DNA of 64,000 nucleotides from Vulcanimicrobiota bacterium (GCA_050250895.1 JBFWNU010000004.1:270934-334933); one strand, 5' to 3'; positions 47,412 through 56,992 are shown, counted from the stretch's first letter. Notes: generated from the letters alone by a model not told the origin. A program made the numbers and translations.

Positions 47412-49334
47412 TTGCAGACCAGTTTCCCCACCCAGTTTCCAATCGTCCGCACGAGCAGCCTGAAATTTTCCGCCCCTCCCGGCTCGACCACCCCACAGAC
47501 CCCGGATGGCTATTCCGGCTCGGTCAACCTACCCGAACCCGCCCCTGAGTCATCCCCCGCCAAGGGGTCTTCGTGGTCGGCCATTCTCGGAGGGGGCCTG
47601 GCCCTGATGGGTGCAGCCACGGCTGCGGCCGTGGCCATGCCCAGTAGCGCCGTGGCCCAGGAGGTTGAGCCGCAAGTGGTTACCAACGCCGAAGCGGCCC
47701 CGACCACCATCGCTGCCGATCCGGCCGCCGCTTCCACCGAAGTGGCCCAGACCCCCCCCGGCCTGCCTCAAGAGATCGTGATCCAGGCCCCCGAGGGCAC
47801 CAAGATCATCGTGCAAGACAGCAATCAGGCCGCGCCTGCGAACCAGAGTTCGGGCATGAGCCCGCTCCAGATCGGCCTCTCGGTGGCCGGCCTGGGACTG
47901 ATGGGATTCATGATCTACCAGGCCTGGAAAGCCAGTTCTCAGATGAACGGCGGAGCTGGAGTAGGCGCCGCCGGAGACGGCAAGAGCCCCTTCCGCATCG
48001 GCAAGAGCAATAAGTCTTTCAAAGACGTGGCCGGCATTCCCGAAGCCAAAGAAGAGTTGATGGAAGTGGTCGACTTCTTGAAGAATCCCGGTCGCTATCA
48101 GCAACTGGGCGGTAAGGTTCCCGGCGGCGTTTTGCTCGAGGGTCCTCCGGGCACCGGCAAGACCCTGCTGGCCAAAGCCGTGGCCGGCGAGGCCGGGGTC
48201 AACTTCCTCGAGATCAACGGCTCGGGCTTTGTCGAGAAATACGTCGGCGTGGGTGCGGCCCGCGTGCGTGAGTTGTTCGCCGAAGCGCGCCGCATGAAGC
48301 CTTGCGTGATCTTCATCGACGAAATCGACGCGGTGGGTGGCCAGCGCGGCGGCGGCAACGAAGCCGGCAACTCGGAGCGAGAAAACACTCTCAACGCCCT
48401 CCTATCCGAGATGGACGGATTCGCCGACAGCGAAGGCGTGATCGTGCTGGCCGCCACCAATCGGCGCGACCTGCTCGACACGGCCCTCACCCGCAACGGA
48501 CGGTTCGACCGCAAGGTGACCGTCGACGCCCCCAACAAGGATGGCCGCGAAAAGATCCTGCAGGTTCACGCCAAAGGCAAGAAGCTAGCCAAAGATGTCG
48601 ACCTTTCGGCCGTGGCCGAGCGCACGCCGGGAATGGTGGGGGCCGACCTGGAGGCAGTGATGAACGAATCGGCTCTGATGGCCGCCCGGTCCAAAGCCGA
48701 CGAGATCTCGCCCAAGCATATCAGCGAAGCCATCGATCGAGTGGCCATGGGCCCGCAGCGCAAGAGCCGCATCCTGACGCCGAAAGAGCGCGAAGTCACG
48801 GCCTGGCACGAGTCCGGCCACGCTATCCTGACCATGGCTTTGCAGAAAAACAAGAGCCTGCAGAAGGTCAGCATCCTGCCCCGAGGCCCGGCCGCGGGCG
48901 TGACCTGGGCGGTCGATCTGCAGGACCGCAGCATGTATGACCGCCAGGAGCTCTACGACGACATCTGCATGCTGCTAGGTGGACGTGCCGCCGAAGAACT
49001 ACACTTTGGCGAAATCACCACCGGTGCTTCCAACGACCTCGAGCGGGCCACCGCCCTGGCCGAGGCGATCGTTTGCGACTATGGCATGACCGAATTGGGC
49101 CAGGTCAAGTTCAGCAAAGGTGGCCGCGACAAAGGCCACCACGCCTCGGGCGAGACATCGTCGGCCATTACCGACAAGATCAAGGCGATCATCGACGAGC
49201 AGTATAACCGGGCCAAGGCCATCTTGACCAAGCAGACCAAAGCCTTCGAGTGTTTGTCGACCTCGCTCTTGGACAAAGAAGAGCTAGACCGCGACGAACT
49301 CGAGACGATGCTGCGACCGCAACTGGTCGCCTAG
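47412..49334 (+). CDS. ftsH: ATP-dependent zinc metalloprotease FtsH with atypical N-terminus
   Basis: GPPGTGKT, IFIDEID, ATNR, RNGRFDR, HESGH, GASNDL. Confidence 0.95.
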   Translation: MQTSFPTQFPIVRTSSLKFSAPPGSTTPQTPDGYSGSVNLPEPAPESSPAKGSSWSAILGGGLALMGAATAAAVAMPSSAVAQEVEPQVVTNAEAAPTTIAADPAAASTEVAQTPPGLPQEIVIQAPEGTKIIVQDSNQAAPANQSSGMSPLQIGLSVAGLGLMGFMIYQAWKASSQMNGGAGVGAAGDGKSPFRIGKSNKSFKDVAGIPEAKEELMEVVDFLKNPGRYQQLGGKVPGGVLLEGPPGTGKTLLAKAVAGEAGVNFLEINGSGFVEKYVGVGAARVRELFAEARRMKPCVIFIDEIDAVGGQRGGGNEAGNSERENTLNALLSEMDGFADSEGVIVLAATNRRDLLDTALTRNGRFDRKVTVDAPNKDGREKILQVHAKGKKLAKDVDLSAVAERTPGMVGADLEAVMNESALMAARSKADEISPKHISEAIDRVAMGPQRKSRILTPKEREVTAWHESGHAILTMALQKNKSLQKVSILPRGPAAGVTWAVDLQDRSMYDRQELYDDICMLLGGRAAEELHFGEITTGASNDLERATALAEAIVCDYGMTELGQVKFSKGGRDKGHHASGETSSAITDKIKAIIDEQYNRAKAILTKQTKAFECLSTSLLDKEELDRDELETMLRPQLVA

Positions 49335-49966
49335 CGCTTCTCGACCACGTTGTTCAGGCCAGTGTTGGTGACAGCCGGCTGGCCTTTTTTATAGTACACG
49401 ACGTTTCCAACACCGGTGAGCACGATCGTGCGGGGAGACTCGACGTGCACGGTGTTGGAGGCGCCGCTGATGGTCAGGGCGCCGGCCTCGCCGCGAATGG
49501 TGATGGTGTTGCTGGCGCCGCTGATCAAGAAATCACGCCCCTGCCCGTCAAACTGCAGATCTTGGGCCGCATCGGTGATGCTGACGGCCGCTCCCGAGTT
49601 GCTCTGCCCGCCCGAGCTGCCGCCAGAGGATACAACCTCGCGGCCGTCGGTGGCCACGATGGTATTATGGTCGCCGCCCCTGACCACCTTAGGGTTGCCG
49701 CGTTTGAAAACGATATCGTTGTGGTGCCCCTGGACCTCGAGATAGGCCGGCTCTTCGATGACTACATCGTTATGGTGCCCGCCGATGGTAACCCGACCGG
49801 CCCGTCCGGTGATGACCACATCGTTATGGTGACCTTCGATGATGAAATCGCGCCCCTGGCCTTGAATGAAACGGTCCTCGTGATCGCCTCCGATCACCAC
49901 CGGTTCACACCAGGCCGTTGTCCATAGCAAGGCGGCCAGCATCGCCACCAGTCCAATCCGCTTCAT
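49331..49966 (-). CDS. Secreted DUF3060-like beta-solenoid repeat protein
   Basis: Signal peptide; repeats IxGHHNDV and ISGASNT in two homologous halves. Confidence 0.75.
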   Translation of the reverse strand: MKRIGLVAMLAALLWTTAWCEPVVIGGDHEDRFIQGQGRDFIIEGHHNDVVITGRAGRVTIGGHHNDVVIEEPAYLEVQGHHNDIVFKRGNPKVVRGGDHNTIVATDGREVVSSGGSSGGQSNSGAAVSITDAAQDLQFDGQGRDFLISGASNTITIRGEAGALTISGASNTVHVESPRTIVLTGVGNVVYYKKGQPAVTNTGLNNVVEKR

Positions 49967-50143
49967 GACTTGAATCCTCTCGCGTTTGCCTGGCCCATTT
50001 CACACCGACTCGACGAAACCTCTCGGCTGCGCGAGGGGCTCTTTTCGAAAGAATTTTGAGCCCCCTGGCCTTTTTTCTAAATTCGTTAAGGGCACCGGAG
50101 TATTCTTAACCCACAAGCTCACAGATAAAGGAAGGTCAGACAA

Positions 50144-51196
50144 ATGAATGTCTCCACGCTAAGACCGACCACTCCCTCACTCACCAACCATATCGCCTCG
50201 GCCAAAGAGAACAAAGAGAGCCAGGGCGCTGACGAAGCCGAGATGCACCCCGGTCCTGCGACCGAGGACACCGCCGACCTCAAGCCTGGTGACAAAGGCT
50301 ATGACGGTGAAAAAGTCAACGTAAAATTCGGCGCTCCCCTGTCCCACAAACTGGTGGCCGCAGCCGGAGCCCTCGGAACCGCCGCTTGCGTAGGCCGCAT
50401 GCTCTGGCAGGTCGCCGAGCAACCCACCCTGGGTGCCAAGATCGCCTGGGGCGCTGGAGCCCTCGCCGCCGGTGTAGCTGGTTACGCAGCCGCCGACTTC
50501 GGCAGCGGTGTCTTCCATCACTTCATCGACAATTATCCCAAGAAGCCTGACATCGCCAAACCCGGCGAACTCAGCTGGAACACCCCCGTCATCGGCGACA
50601 TGGCTGCCGAGTTCCAGGTGCACCACCACTTCACTCGCGACCTCGAAAAAGTTCCCTTCATTTCGAACCTTTACCCTTCCGGCAAGTTCATGTGGGCGGG
50701 TCTGGCGGCCCTGGCGGCTTTCAGCCCCAACGCCGCCGTCACCGCCGCCGGCACTGCCTTCCTGGGCGGAGCCTTCCTGGCCCAGGGTTCACACCGCTGG
50801 ACCCACGAGCCTAACCCCCCGGCCATCGGCAAGTTCCTGCAAAAAGTCGGTCTGGCTCAGTCCAAAGAAGACCACTACACCCATCACAAAATGCCCTGGG
50901 CGGACCACTACTGCATCGTGAACGGCATGTGGAACCCGGTGCTCACCCGCAACGACTTCTGGCGCAAGTGGGAAGGCCTCATCTATCGTACCACCGGTGC
51001 CGAGCCCAACTCGTGGCGTGACCCCGGTGTCAAAGAACTGGCCCTGGGCGAGATCACCAAAGAAGAGTTCCTCAATCGTCGTCCCGAGGACAAGAAAATC
51101 TTCCAAAGCCTGGTTCGCGCCAGTGGCGAACGCGAAGCTCTGATGCCGTGGCTGCACGGTCGCGAAGAGCTGACCGAGAATCACGCTCCCAAATAG
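50144..51196 (+). CDS. carF: CarF/TMEM189 family lipid desaturase, copy 2
   Basis: ADFGSGVFHHFIDNY, FQVHH, SHRWTH, HYTHH, YCIVNG. Confidence 0.87.
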   Translation: MNVSTLRPTTPSLTNHIASAKENKESQGADEAEMHPGPATEDTADLKPGDKGYDGEKVNVKFGAPLSHKLVAAAGALGTAACVGRMLWQVAEQPTLGAKIAWGAGALAAGVAGYAAADFGSGVFHHFIDNYPKKPDIAKPGELSWNTPVIGDMAAEFQVHHHFTRDLEKVPFISNLYPSGKFMWAGLAALAAFSPNAAVTAAGTAFLGGAFLAQGSHRWTHEPNPPAIGKFLQKVGLAQSKEDHYTHHKMPWADHYCIVNGMWNPVLTRNDFWRKWEGLIYRTTGAEPNSWRDPGVKELALGEITKEEFLNRRPEDKKIFQSLVRASGEREALMPWLHGREELTENHAPK

Positions 51197-51227
51197 AAAA
51201 AAGACCTGCTGACGCAGGTCTTTTTTT
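51197..51227. terminator. Bidirectional intrinsic terminator
   Basis: AAAAAAGACCTGC-TGAC-GCAGGTCTTTTTTT between convergent genes. Confidence 0.9.
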
Positions 51228-51241
51228 ATGTACGGCCGAGC

Positions 51242-51529
51242 TCAGGGCAAGAACTCGAGGCCGACCAGCGACTTGCCTCCGGCCAGCGACTCGCTCCAGG
51301 CCACCCGGGCCGGGCACTTGTAGTAGGAGAGACCGTCGGCCTCGAGGGAAATCTCGAGCGACTCGCCGACCTTGACGTCGGTGGCCAGCACGGCTCGGGC
51401 TCCGCGCACGGTGACTTCGATGGCGGCCACGGCCGAGCGCCAATTGTTGCGCTGGTGGCGGTAGCTGAGGTTGGCTTCGAGACGGGTTCGGCGGGTGTTG
51501 CGGCGATTACGAACGAGAGTGGCTTGCAT
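51242..51529 (-). CDS. PilZ domain protein
   Basis: NRRNTRR (RxxxR), EVTVRGA (D/NxSxxG variant), ARVAW, GLEF. Confidence 0.8.
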   Translation of the reverse strand: MQATLVRNRRNTRRTRLEANLSYRHQRNNWRSAVAAIEVTVRGARAVLATDVKVGESLEISLEADGLSYYKCPARVAWSESLAGGKSLVGLEFLP

Positions 51530-51791
51530 TGGGTTGTCCTCCTGCTTTTTGTTGGGCTAGTTGCAAGAGACAATGGCCCCACCCCGGCAAAAGTTTATGC
51601 CAGGATGTAAATTTTGTTAACAGTTTGCGTTGCTCGGCTTTGGCGGCCGCGGAGCGGCGAAGCCGAGGTGCTTGTTGCCATTTCCAGCATCGTCTTGCCA
51701 GAGCGTTGAATCGAGGTAACCTTCGCAGCCCCGCGTCGGATGTTTACAACTCGCGGACGAGGTCTGGCTCGCGATCGGCGAGCATGGAAGT

Positions 51792-52562
51792 ATGCTCATC
51801 TCCCCAGGCCAACCGAACGGAGCCGTTCGCTCCGGTCGCGATCTGGCTGATAAGATAAAACAGCGGTCGACGCTCGTGGGTCTGGTCGAACCGGCCGGCA
51901 TGGTGCTCGGCGCGGCTACCCAACCCCTCGAGACCCTGGCCACCTTTGGCGATATCGCCAGCTCGGTCATCCACGGCGACTTTGGCGAGGCCGGCTCTCA
52001 TCTCACCGGATTTGTCGACGACGTGCTGCGCCCCGAGGGCATCGGTGGCATCGTCTATAAGAGCGGACTGGGCCTGACGGCAGCGGTCAACACGGCCGTG
52101 GGCGGGCTGGAGCTGTATGAGGGGCTCAAGAACCAGGATAAGTATCTGGCCTTGATGGGTGGAGCCGATCTACTGGGTGCGGTCTCGAACGTCGCTCTCA
52201 TGGCCGGAGCCCCGGTTCCGGCCATGGGCATCAACATCGTCTCTCAGGCCGGCAAGGTTTTCCTGGTCTTGAAGAACCAGAGTGAATTCAGCCGCATTCA
52301 AAAGGCCAAGACACTCTTTGACGCGGCCGGCACCGTCTCGAGTTCGCTGCTGCGCACGGGCCTGGCCACCGGGCCCGCGCTGGTGGGCAACGCCGTCTTT
52401 GGCGTGGGGCAAATCCTGTATATGAACCACGAGGGATTCCGCACCAGGGTCGACCATCTCCTCGACAAGATCCTGCACAAAGACGGCAACACCCAGTTAA
52501 CCAAAAAGCAACATCCCCTCGCCGAGAAAGACCCCTCTGCCTCCTTCCAGGCCCTAGACTAA
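51792..52562 (+). CDS. Hypothetical membrane-associated protein
   Basis: Gly/Ala-rich amphipathic helices. Confidence 0.7.
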   Translation: MLISPGQPNGAVRSGRDLADKIKQRSTLVGLVEPAGMVLGAATQPLETLATFGDIASSVIHGDFGEAGSHLTGFVDDVLRPEGIGGIVYKSGLGLTAAVNTAVGGLELYEGLKNQDKYLALMGGADLLGAVSNVALMAGAPVPAMGINIVSQAGKVFLVLKNQSEFSRIQKAKTLFDAAGTVSSSLLRTGLATGPALVGNAVFGVGQILYMNHEGFRTRVDHLLDKILHKDGNTQLTKKQHPLAEKDPSASFQALD

Positions 52563-52607
52563 CACTATCGACTTTCGCCAAGGTCGGTAGTAAGCAGGAG
52601 GTTCGCC

Positions 52608-52811
52608 ATGGCTTTTCACTTCCGTGGGGCTCGGGACATGTTCACGCCACGCAACCAGACCACCACCTTCGAGGTGGCAGCACACTCGGTCTGCCGAGGG
52701 AAATCCCAACCCGATGACCCGGACAACATCGCCCGCGCCTGCCGCCGCGCCGCCAAGGCGCTGTGCAAGCTGATCACACTGGTGGAAGAGCCGAGCAAGC
52801 TAGCCAGCTAA
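52608..52811 (+). CDS. Small hypothetical protein (67 aa)
   Basis: AGGAGG SD before ATG. Confidence 0.6.
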   Translation: MAFHFRGARDMFTPRNQTTTFEVAAHSVCRGKSQPDDPDNIARACRRAAKALCKLITLVEEPSKLAS

Positions 52812-52830
52812 TTACGCGCGCGCTCTCGGT

Positions 52831-54062
52831 GAAAACCGCCGAGACGCCAAGACGCCGAGTGGGGTGGTGCGTCTTGAAGGGTGCCGCTCGAAAATGGGAC
52901 ACCGCGGGGCTCCGCGGGGGGCGCGGGGGGCGCGGGGAGGGCCGTGCATCTGGAAGGGTTGGCTCTCGACGGGATTTTTTTGGGATTGGCCGCCCGAACC
53001 TCGGAGGTCAGCCCCCCATCGAACGAGCGCTCACCTGGTCGCCTCTGGCTCCTCCACCCCAGTCTCTTAACCCTTCCAAAACGGGCCACTGACCTCCAGA
53101 GACACCGCCCCTGAAGCCTCGGCCACACCTTCGCGAACTCTGCGTCCTCCGCGGTTTTTACATCGAGCGAGCGCCGACGTTGAAACCGCCGAGATACGCC
53201 CAGACGCCGAGGGGGGTGGTGCGTCTCGAAGGGTGGCCGCTCGAAATGGGAAACCGCGGGGCTCCGCGGGGGGCGCGGGGAGGGCCGTGCATCTGGAAGG
53301 GTTGGCTCTCGACCGGATTTTTTTTGGGATTGGCCGCCCGAACCTCGGAGGTCAGCCCCCCATCGAACGAGCGCTCACCTGGTCGCCTCTGGCTCCTCCA
53401 CCCCAGTCTCTTAACCCTTCCAAAACGGGCCACTGACCTCCAGAGACACCGCCCCTGAAGCCTCGGCCACACCTTCGCGAACTCTGCGTCCTCCGCGGTT
53501 TTTACATCGAGCGAGCGCCGACGTTGAAACCGCCGAGATACGCCAAGACGCCGAGGGGTATCGAGCCAGCCTCAGCCACCTCAAACCCCTTTCGCTGCCT
53601 CGCCGCCGGTCTTCCGCACGGAAGTAGCGTCTTCCAGCTGGAAGTGACTGGCCCGGCGAGTACGGCACCACCAGGTGCCGAATTCGGCGCTACCCAGCGC
53701 CGTACGCCGAATTCAACCCGCCAAACCTGGCCAACGCCGCTGCACCGCGCCACTAGTTGCCGAATCGCCGCCCTCGCTGGGGCGGTGAGGCCTGTGACCC
53801 GTCTCGACCCGGCTCGCCGCCGGTCTTCCGCACGGAAGTAGCGTCTTCCAACTGGAGGTGACTGGCCCGGCGAGTACGGCACCACCAGGTGCCGAATGCG
53901 GCGCTACCCAGCGCCGTACTCCGGGCCCAACCCGCCAAACCTGGCCAAGCCGCTACCCGGCGCCACGTGCGAAAACGCGGCAAGAAAGCCACTGGCTATC
54001 AGCCGCAGCCACTACCCCCTCGGCGGCCTCCGCGTAAACTCCGCAGATCTCTGCGTTAAAAA
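52831..54062. repeat. Tandem of three REP/MITE-like elements; 344-bp direct repeat plus an internal ~140-bp duplication
   Basis: Left motif AAACCGCCGAGA(TA)CGCCMAGACGCCGAG at 52831, 53182, 53526; right motif CTCTGCGTCCTCCGCGGTTTTT at 53138, 53482, variant ending 54062; 53599-53740 similar to 53813-53953. Confidence 0.88.
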
Positions 54063-54097
54063 TTCAGCTAGCGCCAACGCCACGAGAGCGGGCCCGC

Positions 54098-54859
54098 CTA
54101 GTAGTCGATGCTGATTTCGCCCTCGTCGCCGAAGACGCCACGGAAGACGATCTTGACTTCGTCATCGCGCAGGGCCCAGTCCATGAAGCGAACACGGCCG
54201 TAGCTTTCTTCGCCGGGCTGGAGCGGTCGCTCGAGGGTGGAAGTGACGGAGCTGGCCGCGACCGGATAGTTTTCGTCAGACATCAAGAAGATGTAAGAGC
54301 GGGCGTTGCTGACGTTGATGGGCTGCCAGCCGATGTTGCGCAGGCGCAGCTCGATGGCTCCCTCGTCGATATTGCGCTGGCGATAGCGGGCCAGCAGGGT
54401 CTCGAAATCTTGACCGTCGCGCAGCGATTGCCAGCGAGCGTAGGACTCGGTGAGCTTGTCGTCCCAGAGAGTGGCCTGAACGGCCAGTTTGGGAAACTGC
54501 TGCTTCTGCTTCTGGCGCGCTTCATACTGCATGTACTGGCCGGCGGCCATCTGACCAAGCCCGAGGGCGAACTGGGTGTTGTAGTAGCCGCTGGGATAGC
54601 CGGTGAATTGGGCGAAATCGCTGTAGGCGTTGTGCCACTGCACCATGTTGTAGACGTTGGCAGCGGTCTGGGTGCCCTGAACCAGGGGGTTGCTGTAGGG
54701 ATTGGCGGATTGAGCGGCCGAAAAACCGTCGAACTCGCATGAGCCGGTGCGGTTCTTGAGCAAACGCTCATAATCGCGACGAGCCGTCTCGAGACTCTGG
54801 TCGGCGACGGCTCCCCCCGTGAGAACACAGAACAAAACAAAAATACTTAGATATCGCAC
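54098..54859 (-). CDS. Secreted hypothetical protein
   Basis: Signal peptide ending AVA; TAAAAT 6 nt before GTG. Confidence 0.75.
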   Translation of the reverse strand: MRYLSIFVLFCVLTGGAVADQSLETARRDYERLLKNRTGSCEFDGFSAAQSANPYSNPLVQGTQTAANVYNMVQWHNAYSDFAQFTGYPSGYYNTQFALGLGQMAAGQYMQYEARQKQKQQFPKLAVQATLWDDKLTESYARWQSLRDGQDFETLLARYRQRNIDEGAIELRLRNIGWQPINVSNARSYIFLMSDENYPVAASSVTSTLERPLQPGEESYGRVRFMDWALRDDEVKIVFRGVFGDEGEISIDY

Positions 54860-54946
54860 GTCTCTATTTTAGCCGCAAGAGGGGGTAGAGTGCGACTAAA
54901 GAGTTGTTAAAAGAAGCCCGGTTCTTTAAAGGTTCGTTAAAGATTG

Positions 54947-55867
54947 TCAGGGATCCAGGCGCAGGATGGTGTCGAACTCGCCGCCGGCGAAGAGGCGCCC
55001 GTCGAAGCTGGTGAAGCTAGTGATCCCCGCGGCCGGGATGGCTTCCCCCGCGCGAATGAGCCGGACCTCCGTCCAGTTCTGGCCACCATCGAGGCTGCGA
55101 TAGGCGGCCGTGGGGGTAGCCGCCACCAGCGTCGACCCTTCGGCCCAGATGGCATTGACTCGAGCATAGCCGTTCCAGGCAGGCAGCATCTGCCATTTCC
55201 CGTCGCGACAGTCGACCCGCCCGACCCCGTGACTGAAAGTGGCCACATAGGCGAACCCGTCGGGAGTCACCCACAGGTCGTTGAGTTGCTCGGGCGCCGG
55301 CGCCGTGGTCTCGAGCCACTGCTCGCCGCCGTTCGCCGAACAAAACAGGCGCCCGCCCCGAACCACCGCGGCCAGAAAAGCACCGCTACCCGAGACCACA
55401 TCGATGCGGGGTGCCTGAGGACTATCGCCCAGGCGCAGCTGTCCAATCTCGTCGAGGCTGCCATCCTTGAGGTGAAAAAGTCCCTCGCGGGTGGCTACCA
55501 GCAGTCCGTCTCCTCGACTCTCGACATCGCGCACCCAGCGACGCTCGAGACGATCGATATGGCGCCACTCGAGCCCCCTTTCGGATTCGAAGAGCCCTTT
55601 GCGACCGAAAGCTCCATAGAGCTTGTCGCCCTGGGCGGCCAGGCCAAAGACGCGGTCGTAAGGCAGGCGGCCGAGGGTTTGAAAGTGCTGGCCGTCTTGC
55701 GAGGCCAGCAGCGATTGCCCCGAGGTCACCAGCAGGCGTCCCTGACAGGTTCGAACCAGGCTGGTCGGTCCCTGGATGTCGACCACTTCACGAAAATAGG
55801 GTTGGGCTGTCGCCGGTAGCACCAACCACAGCATCAACGCAAGCCCCCACAGCCAATTCGTTCGCAT
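54947..55867 (-). CDS. Secreted BNR/Asp-box beta-propeller protein
   Basis: Signal peptide; SQDGQHF, SANGGEQW, SLDGGQNW. Confidence 0.8.
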   Translation of the reverse strand: MRTNWLWGLALMLWLVLPATAQPYFREVVDIQGPTSLVRTCQGRLLVTSGQSLLASQDGQHFQTLGRLPYDRVFGLAAQGDKLYGAFGRKGLFESERGLEWRHIDRLERRWVRDVESRGDGLLVATREGLFHLKDGSLDEIGQLRLGDSPQAPRIDVVSGSGAFLAAVVRGGRLFCSANGGEQWLETTAPAPEQLNDLWVTPDGFAYVATFSHGVGRVDCRDGKWQMLPAWNGYARVNAIWAEGSTLVAATPTAAYRSLDGGQNWTEVRLIRAGEAIPAAGITSFTSFDGRLFAGGEFDTILRLDP

Positions 55868-55914
55868 GCCCCAAAGGTTAGTGGTCGGGCCGGCAGGTCC
55901 TTTAGTCCCAAACC

Positions 55915-55941
55915 AGAACATCATTCTAGAAAGGAATTCTA
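55915..55941. promoter_or_regulatory. Tandem AGAA-N5-TTCT inverted repeats, probable TetR operator
   Basis: AGAACATCATTCT followed by AGAAAGGAATTCT immediately before the hotdog-TetR operon. Confidence 0.6.
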
Positions 55942-55943
55942 AA

Positions 55944-56396
55944 ATGGATATTCTTACGACCTGGCAACGCTTTCAACCGCTACCTGGAGGACGCTGGTTG
56001 TTCAGCCGTGCTCTGGGAATAGTGGTCCCTTATGCCGGCACTATCCGCCCTCAGGTGCAGAGCATCCAGCCCGGCAAAGTGCGAGTTTCCATCAGCGACC
56101 GGTGGTCAGTCCGCAACCATCTCAAGTCGATCCACGCCCTGGCCCTGGTCACTCTGGGCGAGCTGGCCGTCAATCTGGCTCTGATGACGGTGATGCCCAA
56201 GAACGGTCGCTTCATCGTGACCGGCCTCGAGGCCGAGTATCTCAAGAAGGCCCGTGGCAACATCTCGGTCGAAGCCGAGCTCGACTCGCCCGACTGGACC
56301 GTCGATGGGCCTTTCCAGGCCGAGTGCCTGCTGCGCGACCAGTCGCAAGACCCGGTGGCCCGCGTGCTGGTGCGCTGGAAGGTCGGCCCCCGATGA
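55944..56396 (+). CDS. Hotdog-fold thioesterase (PaaI/DUF4442-like)
   Basis: PYAGTI, NHLKSIHALA, EYLKKARG. Confidence 0.88.
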   Translation: MDILTTWQRFQPLPGGRWLFSRALGIVVPYAGTIRPQVQSIQPGKVRVSISDRWSVRNHLKSIHALALVTLGELAVNLALMTVMPKNGRFIVTGLEAEYLKKARGNISVEAELDSPDWTVDGPFQAECLLRDQSQDPVARVLVRWKVGPR

Positions 56397-56992
56397 CCCC
56401 GAGAGAGTGGCGTTCGAGCGGGCGCCGCCGCCGCGAGATCCTCGAGGCGGCGGCCCGGCTCTACCTTCGAGAGGGCGAAGAGCAGCTGACCATCGGCCGG
56501 CTGGCTCAAGAGTCCGAGGCCAGTGTGGGCAGTATCTATCACCACTTCAAGAACAAGGAGCACTTGCTGGGCGGGCTGGTGCGAGAGATTCTCAAGGGCT
56601 ACCGAGATCAGCTGGTCCAGCAGTTGGAGCAGGTGCATGGCGCCGAGGCGATGGTCAAGACGGTGGTTCGCCACCACCTGCTCTGGGTCGATGCCAATCG
56701 CAATCTGGCTCGACTCCTCCACCAGGCCCGCAAGACTCCCCCGGTGACGGCGGGCGATTCTGACCTGCGCCGCTCGACGGGGCAATTTCTGAAAGGCCTT
56801 AAGGAGCGCTTCCTGCCCTACATTCAGGCTGGCCAGGTGATGCGGGCTCCCCTGCCTGTCTTTCAGGCCATCCTGATCGGTCCGGCTCATGAGTTGGCCC
56901 GCAATGTCCTGAGCGGACGATGCCCCGACGTGGATCTGGTTGGGGCTGCCGACATTCTGGCCGAAGCTGCCTGGAAGGCGGTCAAGTTGTGA
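56393..56992 (+). CDS. TetR/AcrR family transcriptional regulator
   Basis: ILEAAARL...GSIYHHFKNKE; ATGA overlap. Confidence 0.92.
   Translation: MTPREWRSSGRRRREILEAAARLYLREGEEQLTIGRLAQESEASVGSIYHHFKNKEHLLGGLVREILKGYRDQLVQQLEQVHGAEAMVKTVVRHHLLWVDANRNLARLLHQARKTPPVTAGDSDLRRSTGQFLKGLKERFLPYIQAGQVMRAPLPVFQAILIGPAHELARNVLSGRCPDVDLVGAADILAEAAWKAVKL

Noticed and set aside
52861-53111. 6S RNA, RNase P, SRP, tmRNA or group II intron
   Set aside because: No diagnostic motifs recognised by eye, and tandem duplication inside REP-like ends is atypical; an Rfam scan is needed to exclude these firmly.
52763-54114. Short ORFs on both strands within the repeat region
   Set aside because: The two repeat copies differ by frame-breaking indels, and the ORFs show no motifs or SD support.
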